From contig JAKQNR010000001.1 of the NCBI GenBank assembly GCA_029565685.1, positions 5,710 to 69,709 on the forward strand: 64,000 nt of DNA, read 5' to 3'. The DNA is from a bacterium. Lineage in GTDB: Bacteria > Zhuqueibacterota > Zhuqueibacteria > Residuimicrobiales > Residuimicrobiaceae. Shown here one piece after another: positions 1 to 10,177 of this stretch. Each line of letters begins with the position of its first letter. Position 1 is the stretch's first letter. A program made the position numbers and the translations under genes. The notes beneath the pieces were generated by a model. The model saw nothing but the letters and a program-made list of their open reading frames with translations. It was not told the origin of the DNA and searched no databases.

Positions 1-1218
1 CGGCTTGACGTTGAGCCGTTCGCGCTGCAGCTCGTCATACTCTTGGACAATGAACGCCATCTCGGGCCGAGGTCCCACAATGCTCATATCTCCCTTGAGC
101 ACGTTCCAGAACTGCGGCAGTTCATCCAGGCTGGTGCGGCGCAGGAGCCTACCGATGCGGGTGATGCGCGGGTCGCGGCGGTCCTGCGGATGCACCTCAT
201 AGGCCGGCGTGTCTATGAACATGGTGCGGAATTTGACCATGCGGAACAGCCTGCCTCCCCTGCCCACTCGTTCTTGCTTGAAAAACGCCGGACCTTTCGA
301 GTCGAGTTTGATGATCAGGCTGATTAGAAGGATCAGCGGCAACGTTAATAGCAGCACCAGGAGGGAAAGCGCCAGGTCCATGAGTCGCTTGATAAATGCG
401 TTGAGCGGGCGATAGTGCAAATGGCCGATGCTGAACACCGGAATGCCGTCGATCACTTCGGTGCGCACTTTTTGAATGGCGATATCGTACAGATTAGGCA
501 CATAGCGGAAACGCAATCCGATGGCCGTACACTGATCCATGATTCGTTGAATGCGATCGTTGCCTGCTGATGGAATGGCGATGAGCAGCTCATCGATGCC
601 GTATTGTCCGGCCAGGTCAGCCAGATCCGAGGAACGGCCGATGATCGAAATGGGATTGCCGATCTTGACATCGCCGTTTTGAAAATCGTCGATAAAACCC
701 ACCGGCAGGTATCCCCATTTGGGGTATTTCAGCAGTCCTCTGGCCAGTCGTATGCCCACAGCGCCTGCGCCGTAGATCAGTACGCGCCGCACGCCCACGC
801 CGGATTTAAGATAATAGAGGTTGATGCGGTAGAATACGAACCGTTCCGCCAACACCAAAATAAATGCCAAAATGAGAAAATAGACGGTCTGCAGACGGCT
901 GAGGAAAAAGCTGCGCACGAAAAAAGAGGCTAGGATCAGCGCCGCACAGCCGATTAGAATTCCTTTGACAAGGCCGAGCTGCACGCGAATATCGACCACC
1001 GTGGCGTTTTTGGCATAGGCGTCCAGAGCGAAAAAAATGGTGAGGAAGACCAAGCCCACAAACGCCGTGGTCCAGATAGGCGGAAAGACAATCTGCAGGT
1101 TTGCTCGAAAGGGACTCAGCTCCCAGAGAACAAAGGACAGCTGAAAAGCGGCCACCACAGCCAGGAAATCGAGGGCCGCCTGAATCAGATTGGAAAGGTA
1201 ATAGCGATGTCTGCTCAC
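1..1218 (-). CDS. Polytopic initiating sugar phosphotransferase, WbaP/CpsE-like (undecaprenyl-phosphate hexose-1-phosphate transferase), with its C-terminus running off the window edge. It starts at GTG 1218, which overlaps the upstream TGA stop
   Basis: Hand translation of the minus strand gives an uninterrupted frame. Its N-terminal half is hydrophobic and is followed by a Rossmann-like stretch ([16 protein letters not shown]). After that comes the canonical bacterial sugar transferase motif set ([12 protein letters not shown]...FRMVKFRTM...[39 protein letters not shown]). The ORF is absent from the ORF track because there is no in-window stop codon. A GTGA start/stop overlap links it to the upstream gene. 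Confidence 0.85.
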   Translation of the reverse strand, partial: MSRHRYYLSNLIQAALDFLAVVAAFQLSFVLWELSPFRANLQIVFPPIWTTAFVGLVFLTIFFALDAYAKNATVVDIRVQLGLVKGILIGCAALILASFFVRSFFLSRLQTVYFLILAFILVLAERFVFYRINLYYLKSGVGVRRVLIYGAGAVGIRLARGLLKYPKWGYLPVGFIDDFQNGDVKIGNPISIIGRSSDLADLAGQYGIDELLIAIPSAGNDRIQRIMDQCTAIGLRFRYVPNLYDIAIQKVRTEVIDGIPVFSIGHLHYRPLNAFIKRLMDLALSLLVLLLTLPLILLISLIIKLDSKGPAFFKQERVGRGGRLFRMVKFRTMFIDTPAYEVHPQDRRDPRITRIGRLLRRTSLDELPQFWNVLKGDMSIVGPRPEMAFIVQEYDELQRERLNVKP

Positions 1219-1988
1219 GGACGGGTGTCTTTAGAAAAAGAGAGCAATCCCACTGTTTCGAGAAAGAGAAAAACAATAAAGAGCGAATTAGCCACTAAAT
1301 AGCGTTTGTATAAACGTCTTGGCTCCTGCACAAGGCGATAGACCCATTCCAGCGCCCAGCGTTTCATCCACTGCGGCGCATGTTTGATTCGGCCGGTCAA
1401 ATAGCTGAATCCGGCGCCGATGCCGATGAAAATGCCATGATCCAGCTCTTTATACACGTCGTATATCCATCGTTCCTGTTTGGGCGCACCCAGAGAAACC
1501 CAGATGATATCCGCTTGGCTATCGCGAATTTGGCGAATAAACTCTTTGTTCTCCTCCGCGGTAAACGGCCTGAACGGCGGCGAAAGAACGCCGGCGATCA
1601 CCGCTTGGGGATATCGCCGGTGAACGACCGCAGCCATCTCATCGAGGATCTCTTGCGTGCTGCCGAAGAAAAAGTGGCGCAAGCCAACGTTTTGCCCTTT
1701 ATCTAATACGAATTCCATCCAAGAGGGACCAAAAATACGACGCATATTGGTGGCGCCCTTCAATCTGCCGACAAGAGATAAAGATCCTCCATCTGCCAGA
1801 GAGAGAGTCGATTGGTTAATAATAGCACGGTAGTTAAGATGCAAGACACCTTCAACAAGCGTATGGGCATTGTTTATTGAAACATAGCAACTTGGAGTCA
1901 GATTCTTAATATGAGCAATGAGTCGATTATAAGCCTGATCATAGTTGCTAAAGCAATCGAGGCGAGAGCCTAAAAGAAAAATATCCAT
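1215..1988 (-). CDS. WecB/TagA/CpsF-family glycosyltransferase (N-acetylmannosaminyltransferase-like). The gene is chimeric in GC content
   Basis: 257 aa with WecB/TagA/CpsF-like conserved stretches (IIWVSLGAPKQERW, GIGAGFSY...WMKRWALEWVYRL). Roughly the first 65 codons (about 1790-1988) are AT-rich, whereas the remainder is about 58% GC. Confidence 0.8.
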   Translation of the reverse strand: MDIFLLGSRLDCFSNYDQAYNRLIAHIKNLTPSCYVSINNAHTLVEGVLHLNYRAIINQSTLSLADGGSLSLVGRLKGATNMRRIFGPSWMEFVLDKGQNVGLRHFFFGSTQEILDEMAAVVHRRYPQAVIAGVLSPPFRPFTAEENKEFIRQIRDSQADIIWVSLGAPKQERWIYDVYKELDHGIFIGIGAGFSYLTGRIKHAPQWMKRWALEWVYRLVQEPRRLYKRYLVANSLFIVFLFLETVGLLSFSKDTRP

Positions 1989-2291
1989 TCAATTTTTTAA
2001 TTACATAAAATTAATTTATTAAATGGCACAGATTTTTCAATTAAATTGTAATCAGTTTTACCTCAAATTGAACACTGTTGCTCGTAAGCCTAATGAACAT
2101 CAACAGATTCTGCTGGATTGAATTTTATATCTATTCCTGAAATTGTCTACCCTTAAAAAATACGTTGAATATATACATTAGAGGCAATATTTTTCTTTGA
2201 TGGTGGAACACTATTGAATTGAATTTAATTTATAAATCATTTACGCATTTATATAGCCAAATGATATTATAACATTTTAAATTTATCGATT

Positions 2292-3482
2292 TTAGCGTTT
2301 GTTAGTCGAGATAACTAATTGCCAATCTCTATAAACTTTTAAAACGTCATTGACTTTTATACTCATCATGCAGTTACTTTCAGGGCAGACACATTTAGTT
2401 TGAAAACATGGACTGCATTTATATTGATTCAAATGATGAATATAAAAAGATCTATTACCATATGGGTACCAATTCATTGAATCGCCTGGGCCAAAAAGCG
2501 CAATTACATCTTTTTTTAAGCACCCAGCAATATTCATTGGGCCGCTATCAAGGCAAATAAAAAGATTGCTGTTGCCAATAATTTTTACCATTTCAAGATA
2601 ACTAGTCTTTTTTATAGTAAAATTTGCACTTTCATAAAAGATTACTTGTAACCTAGTTATTAGATCTCCATTTTCATCAGAGTAAATCAATGTGATATTT
2701 GAACGATTTTCCCCAATTAAGAAACGGATTAATTCTTCCCAATTTTGCTCAGGCCATTTTTTATATTTAGAACCTCCACCAGTATGAATTACTATAGACC
2801 ACTTTCCAGATTTATTGTTAAAATTAGAGTCTATAAAATCTTCATAAGGATACTGTAATGTTGGAAAAGAAATAGGCAATTGGCGATTAATCCCTAAAAG
2901 ACTAAGTAATTCATAATTCGAGTCAAATCTATGTTTTAATTTTGAAGTGACTAATTTGTGAGTAAGCAATAACCCTTTAACTTTAATATTTGAATTTAAA
3001 TAAGTCAGATAACCTAGCCTCTTTCTACATTTTAAAAATACTAAAATAATTTGCGATCTTAAATCACCTCGCGAATCAATACCGATTTCAAAAAAATATG
3101 AAGATCGAATACGATGCAATTCAAGGAAAAGTTTACTAATTTTTTTTATAGAAAATTTTTTATCATAATCCGACCAAGGGAAATCCACAAGAAAAACCTT
3201 TTTTATTCGTTTATCAAGCTCATATACGGCTTTGTTGGCTGGTTTAAGCAATAGATATATGTTTGCATTAGGGAATTTTTCCAATATGGGATCGAAAAGT
3301 ACGGAAAGGGAAATTACATCACCCATTTGAAACGGTTCTATTAATAAAATATTATTTTCATTATTATGCCGTGCCAATAAATGGCCTTTACGAAAATATC
3401 CTAATATATAGAATAAACCAAAAAAAATATATTCAAAAATATAAGTAAAATATTTTTTTGCGCGACTATAGTTATATGGCAT
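2292..3482 (-). CDS. Glycosyltransferase family 9 (heptosyltransferase-like)
   Basis: 396 aa. N-terminal LLIEPFQMGDVIS and C-terminal CLDSGPMNIAGCL...ALFGPG motifs are typical of ADP-heptose:LPS heptosyltransferase-family enzymes. The gene is low in GC. Confidence 0.7.
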   Translation of the reverse strand: MPYNYSRAKKYFTYIFEYIFFGLFYILGYFRKGHLLARHNNENNILLIEPFQMGDVISLSVLFDPILEKFPNANIYLLLKPANKAVYELDKRIKKVFLVDFPWSDYDKKFSIKKISKLFLELHRIRSSYFFEIGIDSRGDLRSQIILVFLKCRKRLGYLTYLNSNIKVKGLLLTHKLVTSKLKHRFDSNYELLSLLGINRQLPISFPTLQYPYEDFIDSNFNNKSGKWSIVIHTGGGSKYKKWPEQNWEELIRFLIGENRSNITLIYSDENGDLITRLQVIFYESANFTIKKTSYLEMVKIIGNSNLFICLDSGPMNIAGCLKKDVIALFGPGDSMNWYPYGNRSFYIHHLNQYKCSPCFQTKCVCPESNCMMSIKVNDVLKVYRDWQLVISTNKR

Positions 3483-3492
3483 TTTAGAACAC

Positions 3493-4203
3493 TTATTTTT
3501 TTAAAAAAATAGAAAAAATAAAATAGATTACATAAAATAAATATAAAAAGAAACAAATAACGCCATAAAAGAGATAAAGTTGAAGAAATAAGTTTATATC
3601 AATTAAGAAAAAAGTTAATAAAATGAATATACCATAATCTGTAATACAAAAAAACTTTAAGAAAAGAGAAACACGAGATTTTGAATTTGATTTAATTACA
3701 TCTTTTCCAAAAATTAGCAATTTGAAATTATATGCAGAAAAATATAGTAATTGTCCGAATAGATTAAAAGAATAAGCCCATAAAATTATTTTTAAATTGC
3801 CAGACAATTCAAATGCAGCTAATCCTAGTGCAATGTTTACCAGCGGAAGTTTAATTCCATCTAAAAAATGATCCAGCCATTTACCAAATAAAGAAGACTG
3901 GTTTGTTAATCTTGCAACAACCCCATCACAACAATCTAAAATGTATCCAAGCATCATGAACAATCCTGATAAAACAATAAAAATTGGTATATTGTCTGAC
4001 AATGTAATTAATATTAAAGCACTAATCGTAGTAACAAGAAAACTTAGAATTGAGATTGTATTAGGTCGTATCGCATAATTGACAAAAAATAAAATAAATG
4101 GTAGCGAAAGATAATGATAGAAATAATACGTAAAAAATAATCCACCGCCACTGTGTAACTTTTGAAAAACAGATTTTAGCATTAAATTGTTAATGAATTT
4201 CAT
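3493..4203 (-). CDS. CDP-alcohol phosphatidyltransferase-family membrane protein
   Basis: 236 aa and multi-TM. It carries the D-G-x2-A-R...G-x3-D-x3-D signature (DCCDGVVARLTNQSSLFGKWLDHFLDGI). Confidence 0.8.
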   Translation of the reverse strand: MKFINNLMLKSVFQKLHSGGGLFFTYYFYHYLSLPFILFFVNYAIRPNTISILSFLVTTISALILITLSDNIPIFIVLSGLFMMLGYILDCCDGVVARLTNQSSLFGKWLDHFLDGIKLPLVNIALGLAAFELSGNLKIILWAYSFNLFGQLLYFSAYNFKLLIFGKDVIKSNSKSRVSLFLKFFCITDYGIFILLTFFLIDINLFLQLYLFYGVICFFLYLFYVIYFIFSIFLKK

Positions 4204-4218
4204 ATGTTTATCTGTTGA

Positions 4219-5322
4219 TCAGTTTGTTTTAATAATCTTATAAGATTTATTTATCGTTGCACCATTGCGAATAAGTAGATAATATGAACCCGCCAGTAAA
4301 TTTGAAAGATCCATTTTAAAAATATTTAATCCCCCTTTTAAATTGCAATTTATTGGAGATTTGACTTTTTGTCCAAGAATATTAAAAAGATCAAGTGATA
4401 CCGTTTGGTCAAATGGAGAGACAATTTGAATGCGGATGGAATCAGTAAAGGGATTGGGAAAGGCAACAAGCTGAAATTGCATATCATTTTTTATCAAACT
4501 TGAAGCAACATTTTCAGTATATAATTTTATGATGATTTTAGCGATACGATTAGGCACTCTAAAACCTACATAAAGAACAAGTTGATTATTGTCTTTTTTG
4601 TAACCAGTAATGCCTTCACTTTCAAAATCAATATTATATAAATCAATATAAAAGAGGAAAGAAAAGTTATTTATGTCATAAAAATATAATCGATTGGGAA
4701 AAGAAGTTAATAAAATTAGCCAATTACTGATCACTAGTGAACCATTAATATAATTGTTAGAAGAAATCATTGGAGATGGGAATAATTTAATAAAATATGA
4801 ATTGTTTAAATTTTTAAATGGTTTGAGTATAACTTCAGTATTATTTACGATGCCTAAAAATAATTGAGAATTATAAAAAAATGAAAATTGTAGATGCCAA
4901 CCATCATCTAACACCATTGTATAATAGTGATGCAACTCATTTTTATGATATAATCCAATTATAGCTTTGTTTGTATTATTCCAGCCGGTTACAAAAAGGC
5001 TATCATTATAAATTTGAAGATCATTAGGATGATTTAGATCCGAAGGAAGAATGATTTTATCTTTTAAAATCAAATAAGTGGAATCATTTTCATTGCGAAA
5101 TAAATATTTATAGACAGAACCTGTATCTCCATCATCAAAACCCAGCCAAATTTCGCTATCGCTAAATGATTTAATCAACTCAATGCTTTGAAAATCACTT
5201 TGATTTTCAATTGATAAAAAATTATTATTAAAGAGTAAAATTTCTTGTCCTCTTAAAATGGTAGGATGAAGTTCTACAAAAACAATTAATAATAAAATAT
5301 TACTGTTAAAATGGCTCAGCAT
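4219..5322 (-). CDS. Secreted protein with a T9SS (Por) C-terminal sorting domain. Its N-terminal domain has no recognisable function
   Basis: 367 aa with a hydrophobic N-terminal signal-like segment. The final roughly 80 aa match the type-A CTD pattern (PNPFTDSIRIQ...SLDLFNILGQKV...AGSYYLLIR). Its 3' end overlaps the downstream gene start by 7 nt. Confidence 0.7.
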   Translation of the reverse strand: MLSHFNSNILLLIVFVELHPTILRGQEILLFNNNFLSIENQSDFQSIELIKSFSDSEIWLGFDDGDTGSVYKYLFRNENDSTYLILKDKIILPSDLNHPNDLQIYNDSLFVTGWNNTNKAIIGLYHKNELHHYYTMVLDDGWHLQFSFFYNSQLFLGIVNNTEVILKPFKNLNNSYFIKLFPSPMISSNNYINGSLVISNWLILLTSFPNRLYFYDINNFSFLFYIDLYNIDFESEGITGYKKDNNQLVLYVGFRVPNRIAKIIIKLYTENVASSLIKNDMQFQLVAFPNPFTDSIRIQIVSPFDQTVSLDLFNILGQKVKSPINCNLKGGLNIFKMDLSNLLAGSYYLLIRNGATINKSYKIIKTN

Positions 5323-6038
5323 AAAATTTTAAAAAGTTTTTTAGCTTGCAGCAGATCGTCGTGGTTATCAATTTCTATCCAGTCTTGACCTCCAATATCA
5401 TAAGGGAAGACGTTCATTTTATTGCTTGAAAGCAGTTCTTGTATGGCAAACTCAGTCCACAAGTTTCGTAATTTTTTATTATTAATATAATCTTCTATTA
5501 TTTCGAATAATAATGTTGCTGCCTCTGCTGAAAACCTATAAAGATCAATTGAACAACCCAATGCCTTGTCAGAGTCAATATTTTTATTGATTTCACAAAT
5601 AATTCCATTATTAGCGATTACCTTCATGGACTCATCGAAATATTTATTTACATCAACAGCGATGGCATTTTTATTACAATCCTGTAAAAGTCCGGTGAGG
5701 ATATTAGGTGAGAAAATAACATCGCCATTGCAAATGATTAAATCTGAATCGTATACAGTATTTTTAGCTAAAAAAAGAGAAAACATATTATTAGTATCAT
5801 TATATTCTTCATTTAAAATGAAATTTACATAAAGCCTGTTCTGATTACAAAATTTGATAACTGATTCAGCTAAATATCCAACTACGATTGTAACATCATT
5901 AATCCCAGCATTAAAAAATGATCGTACTTGATATTCCAAAATTGTTCTACCGTTGATTTCAATTAGACATTTAGGAACATTATCGGTCAATGGTTTTAAT
6001 CGTGTTCCTTTTCCAGCTGCTAAGATTATTGCTTTCAT
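5316..6038 (-). CDS. Sugar-phosphate or phospho-alcohol nucleotidyltransferase (HddC/LicC-like NTP_transferase)
   Basis: 240 aa. It has the N-terminal MKAIILAAGKGTRLKPLT glycine-rich loop of MobA-like nucleotidyltransferases. Its size and layout resemble heptose-1-P guanylyltransferases (HddC) and LicC-type cytidylyltransferases. Confidence 0.75.
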   Translation of the reverse strand: MKAIILAAGKGTRLKPLTDNVPKCLIEINGRTILEYQVRSFFNAGINDVTIVVGYLAESVIKFCNQNRLYVNFILNEEYNDTNNMFSLFLAKNTVYDSDLIICNGDVIFSPNILTGLLQDCNKNAIAVDVNKYFDESMKVIANNGIICEINKNIDSDKALGCSIDLYRFSAEAATLLFEIIEDYINNKKLRNLWTEFAIQELLSSNKMNVFPYDIGGQDWIEIDNHDDLLQAKKLFKILC

Positions 6039-6071
6039 GAAAACTTTTCTCCAACAAATTATAATTAGATT

Positions 6072-6893
6072 CTATTTTATCCAACGATAACTAGCATTAT
6101 ATGAAATGAACTTTTTTCTTTCTAAATTATTAGAGGTGTAAATTTCATAGCTTATAGGCAGGTGTTGAAAATAGGCGCCAGAAAAAAATTTTTCCACTAA
6201 TCGTACTAAATTTACCGGATACTTTATAAATTTATAAATTGGGTGTTTCGGAAAATTATTAATATCAACTTTTGATGCGATGCTATTCGAAAGATTATTG
6301 CCCGTAATTGTAAATGTGCTGAAATAGCGATTGACATGTTTTGCAGCGTAACTTGCTTTTAAAATCGATACTACAAAATCACGGTCTGCGATGCTTTTCA
6401 TTTCGGAATTAAATCGGAATCCTGCATCAATAATTTTTCTTCTTACAAACATTGTACAGGTTAGAAAATATAAATGTGAGCACATAATATATAGTCGGCT
6501 GGCTCGATACGCTTTTCTAAAAGCCAATAGCAATCCATTAGGATCTACCAGCAAAGCATCACCAAAAAGTAAATCGATGTTTTCATTTTCAGCAAAAAAT
6601 TTCTCCACAAAATCTAACGTACCCAATAGATATTGCTCATCGCTATTTAAAAATCCGATTATATCGCCTGAAACCATATTCAGTCCGGTATTAATCGCAT
6701 CATACATGCTTTTATCTACTCGTGAAACAAACTTGACATATTTGACCGAGCTTAAAAAATCAATTGTTTCATCATTAGATTTGCCATCAATAATTATATG
6801 TTCGAATTGTGCAGGTAATTGATCGGCAACCGATAATATGCATTTTTTAAGATAATCAATAGAATTTAAGGTAGGAGTGATAATTGATATCAT
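6072..6893 (-). CDS. Glycosyltransferase family 2
   Basis: 273 aa. N-terminal ISIITPTLNS...HIIIDGKSND is typical of the GT-A fold DXD-type GT2 family. Confidence 0.8.
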   Translation of the reverse strand: MISIITPTLNSIDYLKKCILSVADQLPAQFEHIIIDGKSNDETIDFLSSVKYVKFVSRVDKSMYDAINTGLNMVSGDIIGFLNSDEQYLLGTLDFVEKFFAENENIDLLFGDALLVDPNGLLLAFRKAYRASRLYIMCSHLYFLTCTMFVRRKIIDAGFRFNSEMKSIADRDFVVSILKASYAAKHVNRYFSTFTITGNNLSNSIASKVDINNFPKHPIYKFIKYPVNLVRLVEKFFSGAYFQHLPISYEIYTSNNLERKKFISYNASYRWIK

Positions 6894-6901
6894 GATTGAA
6901 T

Positions 6902-8197
6902 TTAATCGTTTACTTGAGATAGGTGAATTGGATTAATAAGGAAAAAAACAAATGTACCAAATGCAAGAATTGCAGATTCTTCTCGATTAAATATACCGCT
7001 TGAAAAATTTTGAAGTAATAAAGTAAAAAAATATATGCTAAAAATTGAAAATAAGTATTTATTATGATAAAAATAATTTTGGAAAATTTGTTTTAAAATA
7101 AAAAAAATAAGTATAGAAAACAAAATTGATCCAATAATTCCAAAATTATAAAAAATTGAAATAAAACCATTATGTAAGAAGACAACCTGCAAATTAAAAT
7201 AGGAAAAAGGATTAATATATCCAACTCCCCAAATGTATGATAAAAAAGTATTCATATTTTGTAAAGCGATCTCAGATTCTACTATACGCCAAAGTATATT
7301 GGGGTCATTAAATATGGAGTTTGTATTTAAAATACGAGATAATACTGGAAAATTTAAAATTTGATAAATATAAAAGTTTACAGAAATAAGAATGACAATA
7401 ATAACTATAATGGCTGCAAAAAACTTTTGTAAAAAATTTTTTAAAAATAAAAAATTCATAAAAAAAGCTGTCATTATTAAAATTGCTACTGCGATTATGC
7501 TACTACGATAATTTGCTGTAAAAAGATTAACAAGTTGAATAATGAAATTAAAATAAAAAAATAATTTTTTTTTGACTGAAAATAAATGAGAATAATTTTG
7601 ATAAAATAAAAAAAGGAAAATAGATAGCATTGCAAAATGATATGCAACGTGCTGATATCGAGTAAAGGAACTTGTGTAATCTACAGTAATATTTTCGAAA
7701 ATGCTTTCGCTGTAGATGAATAGCTCAGGAAATATGTATTGTAAAATTGTAAATATACTGATAACAAATAAAACTATTTGCATTTTATACACTAAATCCA
7801 ACATGCTGTCAATATTGCAGCGAGTTAAATTAAAAATAAAAAAATAACAAAGAGCTTGATTAAATAAAGTAGGTAATGGGTAATTATTATATTGCGAACC
7901 AACAATAGATAAGTCTTTGATAAAGATAAAAAATAAAAAAAGTGAGATTACCAGTAAACTATATCCAAGAGAATTTGTATTATCAGTGCCTTTTCGGACT
8001 ATATTTGACTTAGAAAATAAAATAATTAACGGAATAACTAATGCAAAGTGCACTGAATAATGAAAGGGGAGCAAACCTAGAAAAAAGGTAGAATAATTAA
8101 TTACACCAGAATTAAGAATGATTATTGCTGTCCAAAATTTTAAAAATTTATTATTATTAGAATAAAGATGATCGGAAATTTCGAAAATATAATTCAC
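6902..8197 (-). CDS. wzy: O-antigen/repeat-unit polymerase (Wzy-like, O-antigen ligase domain)
   Basis: 431 aa with about 10-12 predicted TM helices and a large loop. It sits in the position of the polymerase within a Wzx/Wzy cassette. Confidence 0.6.
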   Translation of the reverse strand: MNYIFEISDHLYSNNNKFLKFWTAIIILNSGVINYSTFFLGLLPFHYSVHFALVIPLIILFSKSNIVRKGTDNTNSLGYSLLVISLFLFFIFIKDLSIVGSQYNNYPLPTLFNQALCYFFIFNLTRCNIDSMLDLVYKMQIVLFVISIFTILQYIFPELFIYSESIFENITVDYTSSFTRYQHVAYHFAMLSIFLFLFYQNYSHLFSVKKKLFFYFNFIIQLVNLFTANYRSSIIAVAILIMTAFFMNFLFLKNFLQKFFAAIIVIIVILISVNFYIYQILNFPVLSRILNTNSIFNDPNILWRIVESEIALQNMNTFLSYIWGVGYINPFSYFNLQVVFLHNGFISIFYNFGIIGSILFSILIFFILKQIFQNYFYHNKYLFSIFSIYFFTLLLQNFSSGIFNREESAILAFGTFVFFLINPIHLSQVND

Positions 8198-8241
8198 GAC
8201 AATAAAACCTATAACTTATTTATAATAATAAAAGAAATGAA

Positions 8242-9426
8242 TTAATCGTGGAGAGCTTTTGTAATAATAGTCAATATATTTGTCCAGTTTACAATAAAAG
8301 CGGATTCAGAAAACTTTATTTTTAAGGCAATTAGCATTTTTTGCTGTAATTCTTGCAATTCTAATATTGAAAGGTTTGTAACTCTCTTTATCAATTTCTC
8401 TAATTCTTCTAAAGAGTCTTCATTTAACGTAAAGCCAAAATCTTCTGTATCAATGCCGCAATTTTTCGTTACAATAGGAATTAATCCTGCCTGCATGCAC
8501 TGTAAAACAGACCCTGGTTGACCTTCAGCACAAGAAGGATGAATAATAAAAGTGTTGTTAGCAATAATTTTTTTATAACTATTACTAAATAGATTAACCC
8601 ATCCAATAGGGTTAATATTTCTAGTGGCAAATAACTCTTTCGAATAACACTTTAAAAAATCATCTTCTTTTAAAAAATCGCCGCAGATAGTTAAGTGTAA
8701 TTCAGGATGCCGAGGAAAAATTTCTAATAGCCAATCTAAGCCTTTTAACACATTTCCCGAGCTCGCAAAATAAAGAAAATTATTCTTTGTTGTTGTACTA
8801 ATAATATGGGGGCTTATAGCGATGTCTGAAAAACAATAATTATTAATTAAATAGATGTCCTTAGTAAAACCATTTTTCCATGAATCTGCGATAACCTTAT
8901 TGCCAATCATCACAATAGCATTCGCATTTTTTAAGAATGACATATTAGTATCACATAAGCGAATCTGCTTTAATGAACACTGACGTCTTTGTTCTAATAA
9001 TCGATATCGATCCTTAATATATTTGTTCTGAAAAACTGGATTCATTCCAGTAGCTAAATATATTTTTAATTTTGTTCGACGAAAATGTTGTTCAAGGGTA
9101 TTAAGATTTAACCGATGAGATATTAGTATATCATAATAGTGCGTAGGTTTAAACCTAAGATCACGAAAATCTGCAACATCAACTATAAAGCCCAAATCAC
9201 CGAGAATATTTGCTATTTGTATTGATTGTTTATAGTTTTGATGCAAGTAAAAACGTCTATCAGATTGTTTAAATTTAAATGGTTGCGAGAGATATATTAA
9301 TAGCGCTCTTTTCCTTAATTGATTGGAATCCGCTTTATTAGCATTAATACAAACAGGATAACCAGCGGCTTTACGGTACAGATTAAAAAGCATTGCTTTA
9401 ACAATTTTAAGATTTGATTTAAGCAT
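8242..9426 (-). CDS. Glycosyltransferase family 4 (GT-B, Glycos_transf_1)
   Basis: 394 aa. C-terminal motif IIHPSCAEGQPGSVLQCMQAGLIPIVT corresponds to the GT4 E-x7-E region. Confidence 0.7.
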   Translation of the reverse strand: MLKSNLKIVKAMLFNLYRKAAGYPVCINANKADSNQLRKRALLIYLSQPFKFKQSDRRFYLHQNYKQSIQIANILGDLGFIVDVADFRDLRFKPTHYYDILISHRLNLNTLEQHFRRTKLKIYLATGMNPVFQNKYIKDRYRLLEQRRQCSLKQIRLCDTNMSFLKNANAIVMIGNKVIADSWKNGFTKDIYLINNYCFSDIAISPHIISTTTKNNFLYFASSGNVLKGLDWLLEIFPRHPELHLTICGDFLKEDDFLKCYSKELFATRNINPIGWVNLFSNSYKKIIANNTFIIHPSCAEGQPGSVLQCMQAGLIPIVTKNCGIDTEDFGFTLNEDSLEELEKLIKRVTNLSILELQELQQKMLIALKIKFSESAFIVNWTNILTIITKALHD

Positions 9427-10177
9427 TTCCTAATCTGCTTTTTATTTTTATTCCCGCAAATATATATGTGCCGTAATGGGCCTTAGGATTTCGGCCTTCG
9501 CTTTTTGGCAAAATCCATTTCATTAAAATTTTAAAATTGTTACTAAGCCAGGAATCAACCCAATTGTGATTTAATTTAATGGGATGAGCAGTATCCCCTT
9601 CTAAATTTCGCAGCAATATTTCATCTTCGTCATTTGTGAGATCTTGTCCAAAGATAAAAATTCCTCCTAATTTTGTTATGTCAATCGCTTCTTGCATACA
9701 GATTGTAGCATCCTGGACATGATCTAAGACATTTATCATTACTACTAAATCAAAATAATTGTATTTAAAGGGATTAACTTCAAATGGGTGGCTATCAGAA
9801 ATAATATTTCCCTTAAATGATGATGATGAATGAATAGTTTTTTTAAAACTATTATAAATATTTATTAGTGGGTCGTTTAAAACTACATATTTAATTTGTG
9901 ATTGCTGTAAAATTAATCGCATATTTGTATAGGGACCACAACCGATTTCGATTGCATTTTCAATAACAGTTGGTAAAAATGAATAATTATCAAATTTTTC
10001 TTTCCACCATAAATTCCAATCGTCACCACGATATTCAGGCACTAGGTTTACTAGGGATAAGAGGTGCCAGATCTGATTTTTGAAACGCTTGGATTTTTTA
10101 ATTTGATCATTAATCCAAAAATTACGCTCCCATTCTTGCGCTTTTTTCCATTCAGAATAAGTCACTTTGGTTCTCAT
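9419..10177 (-). CDS. Class I SAM-dependent methyltransferase
   Basis: 252 aa. Motif I is IEIGCGPY and the post-I acidic motif is VVMINVLDHVQD. Its ends overlap both neighbours (8 nt and 4 nt). Confidence 0.75.
   Translation of the reverse strand: MRTKVTYSEWKKAQEWERNFWINDQIKKSKRFKNQIWHLLSLVNLVPEYRGDDWNLWWKEKFDNYSFLPTVIENAIEIGCGPYTNMRLILQQSQIKYVVLNDPLINIYNSFKKTIHSSSSFKGNIISDSHPFEVNPFKYNYFDLVVMINVLDHVQDATICMQEAIDITKLGGIFIFGQDLTNDEDEILLRNLEGDTAHPIKLNHNWVDSWLSNNFKILMKWILPKSEGRNPKAHYGTYIFAGIKIKSRLGNA

Noticed and set aside
806-1276. A minus-strand 156-aa ORF from the track
   Set aside because: It is an out-of-frame overlap of the genuine WbaP-like sugar transferase frame, which reads continuously from GTG 1218 to the window edge. 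Its low-complexity product has no family resemblance
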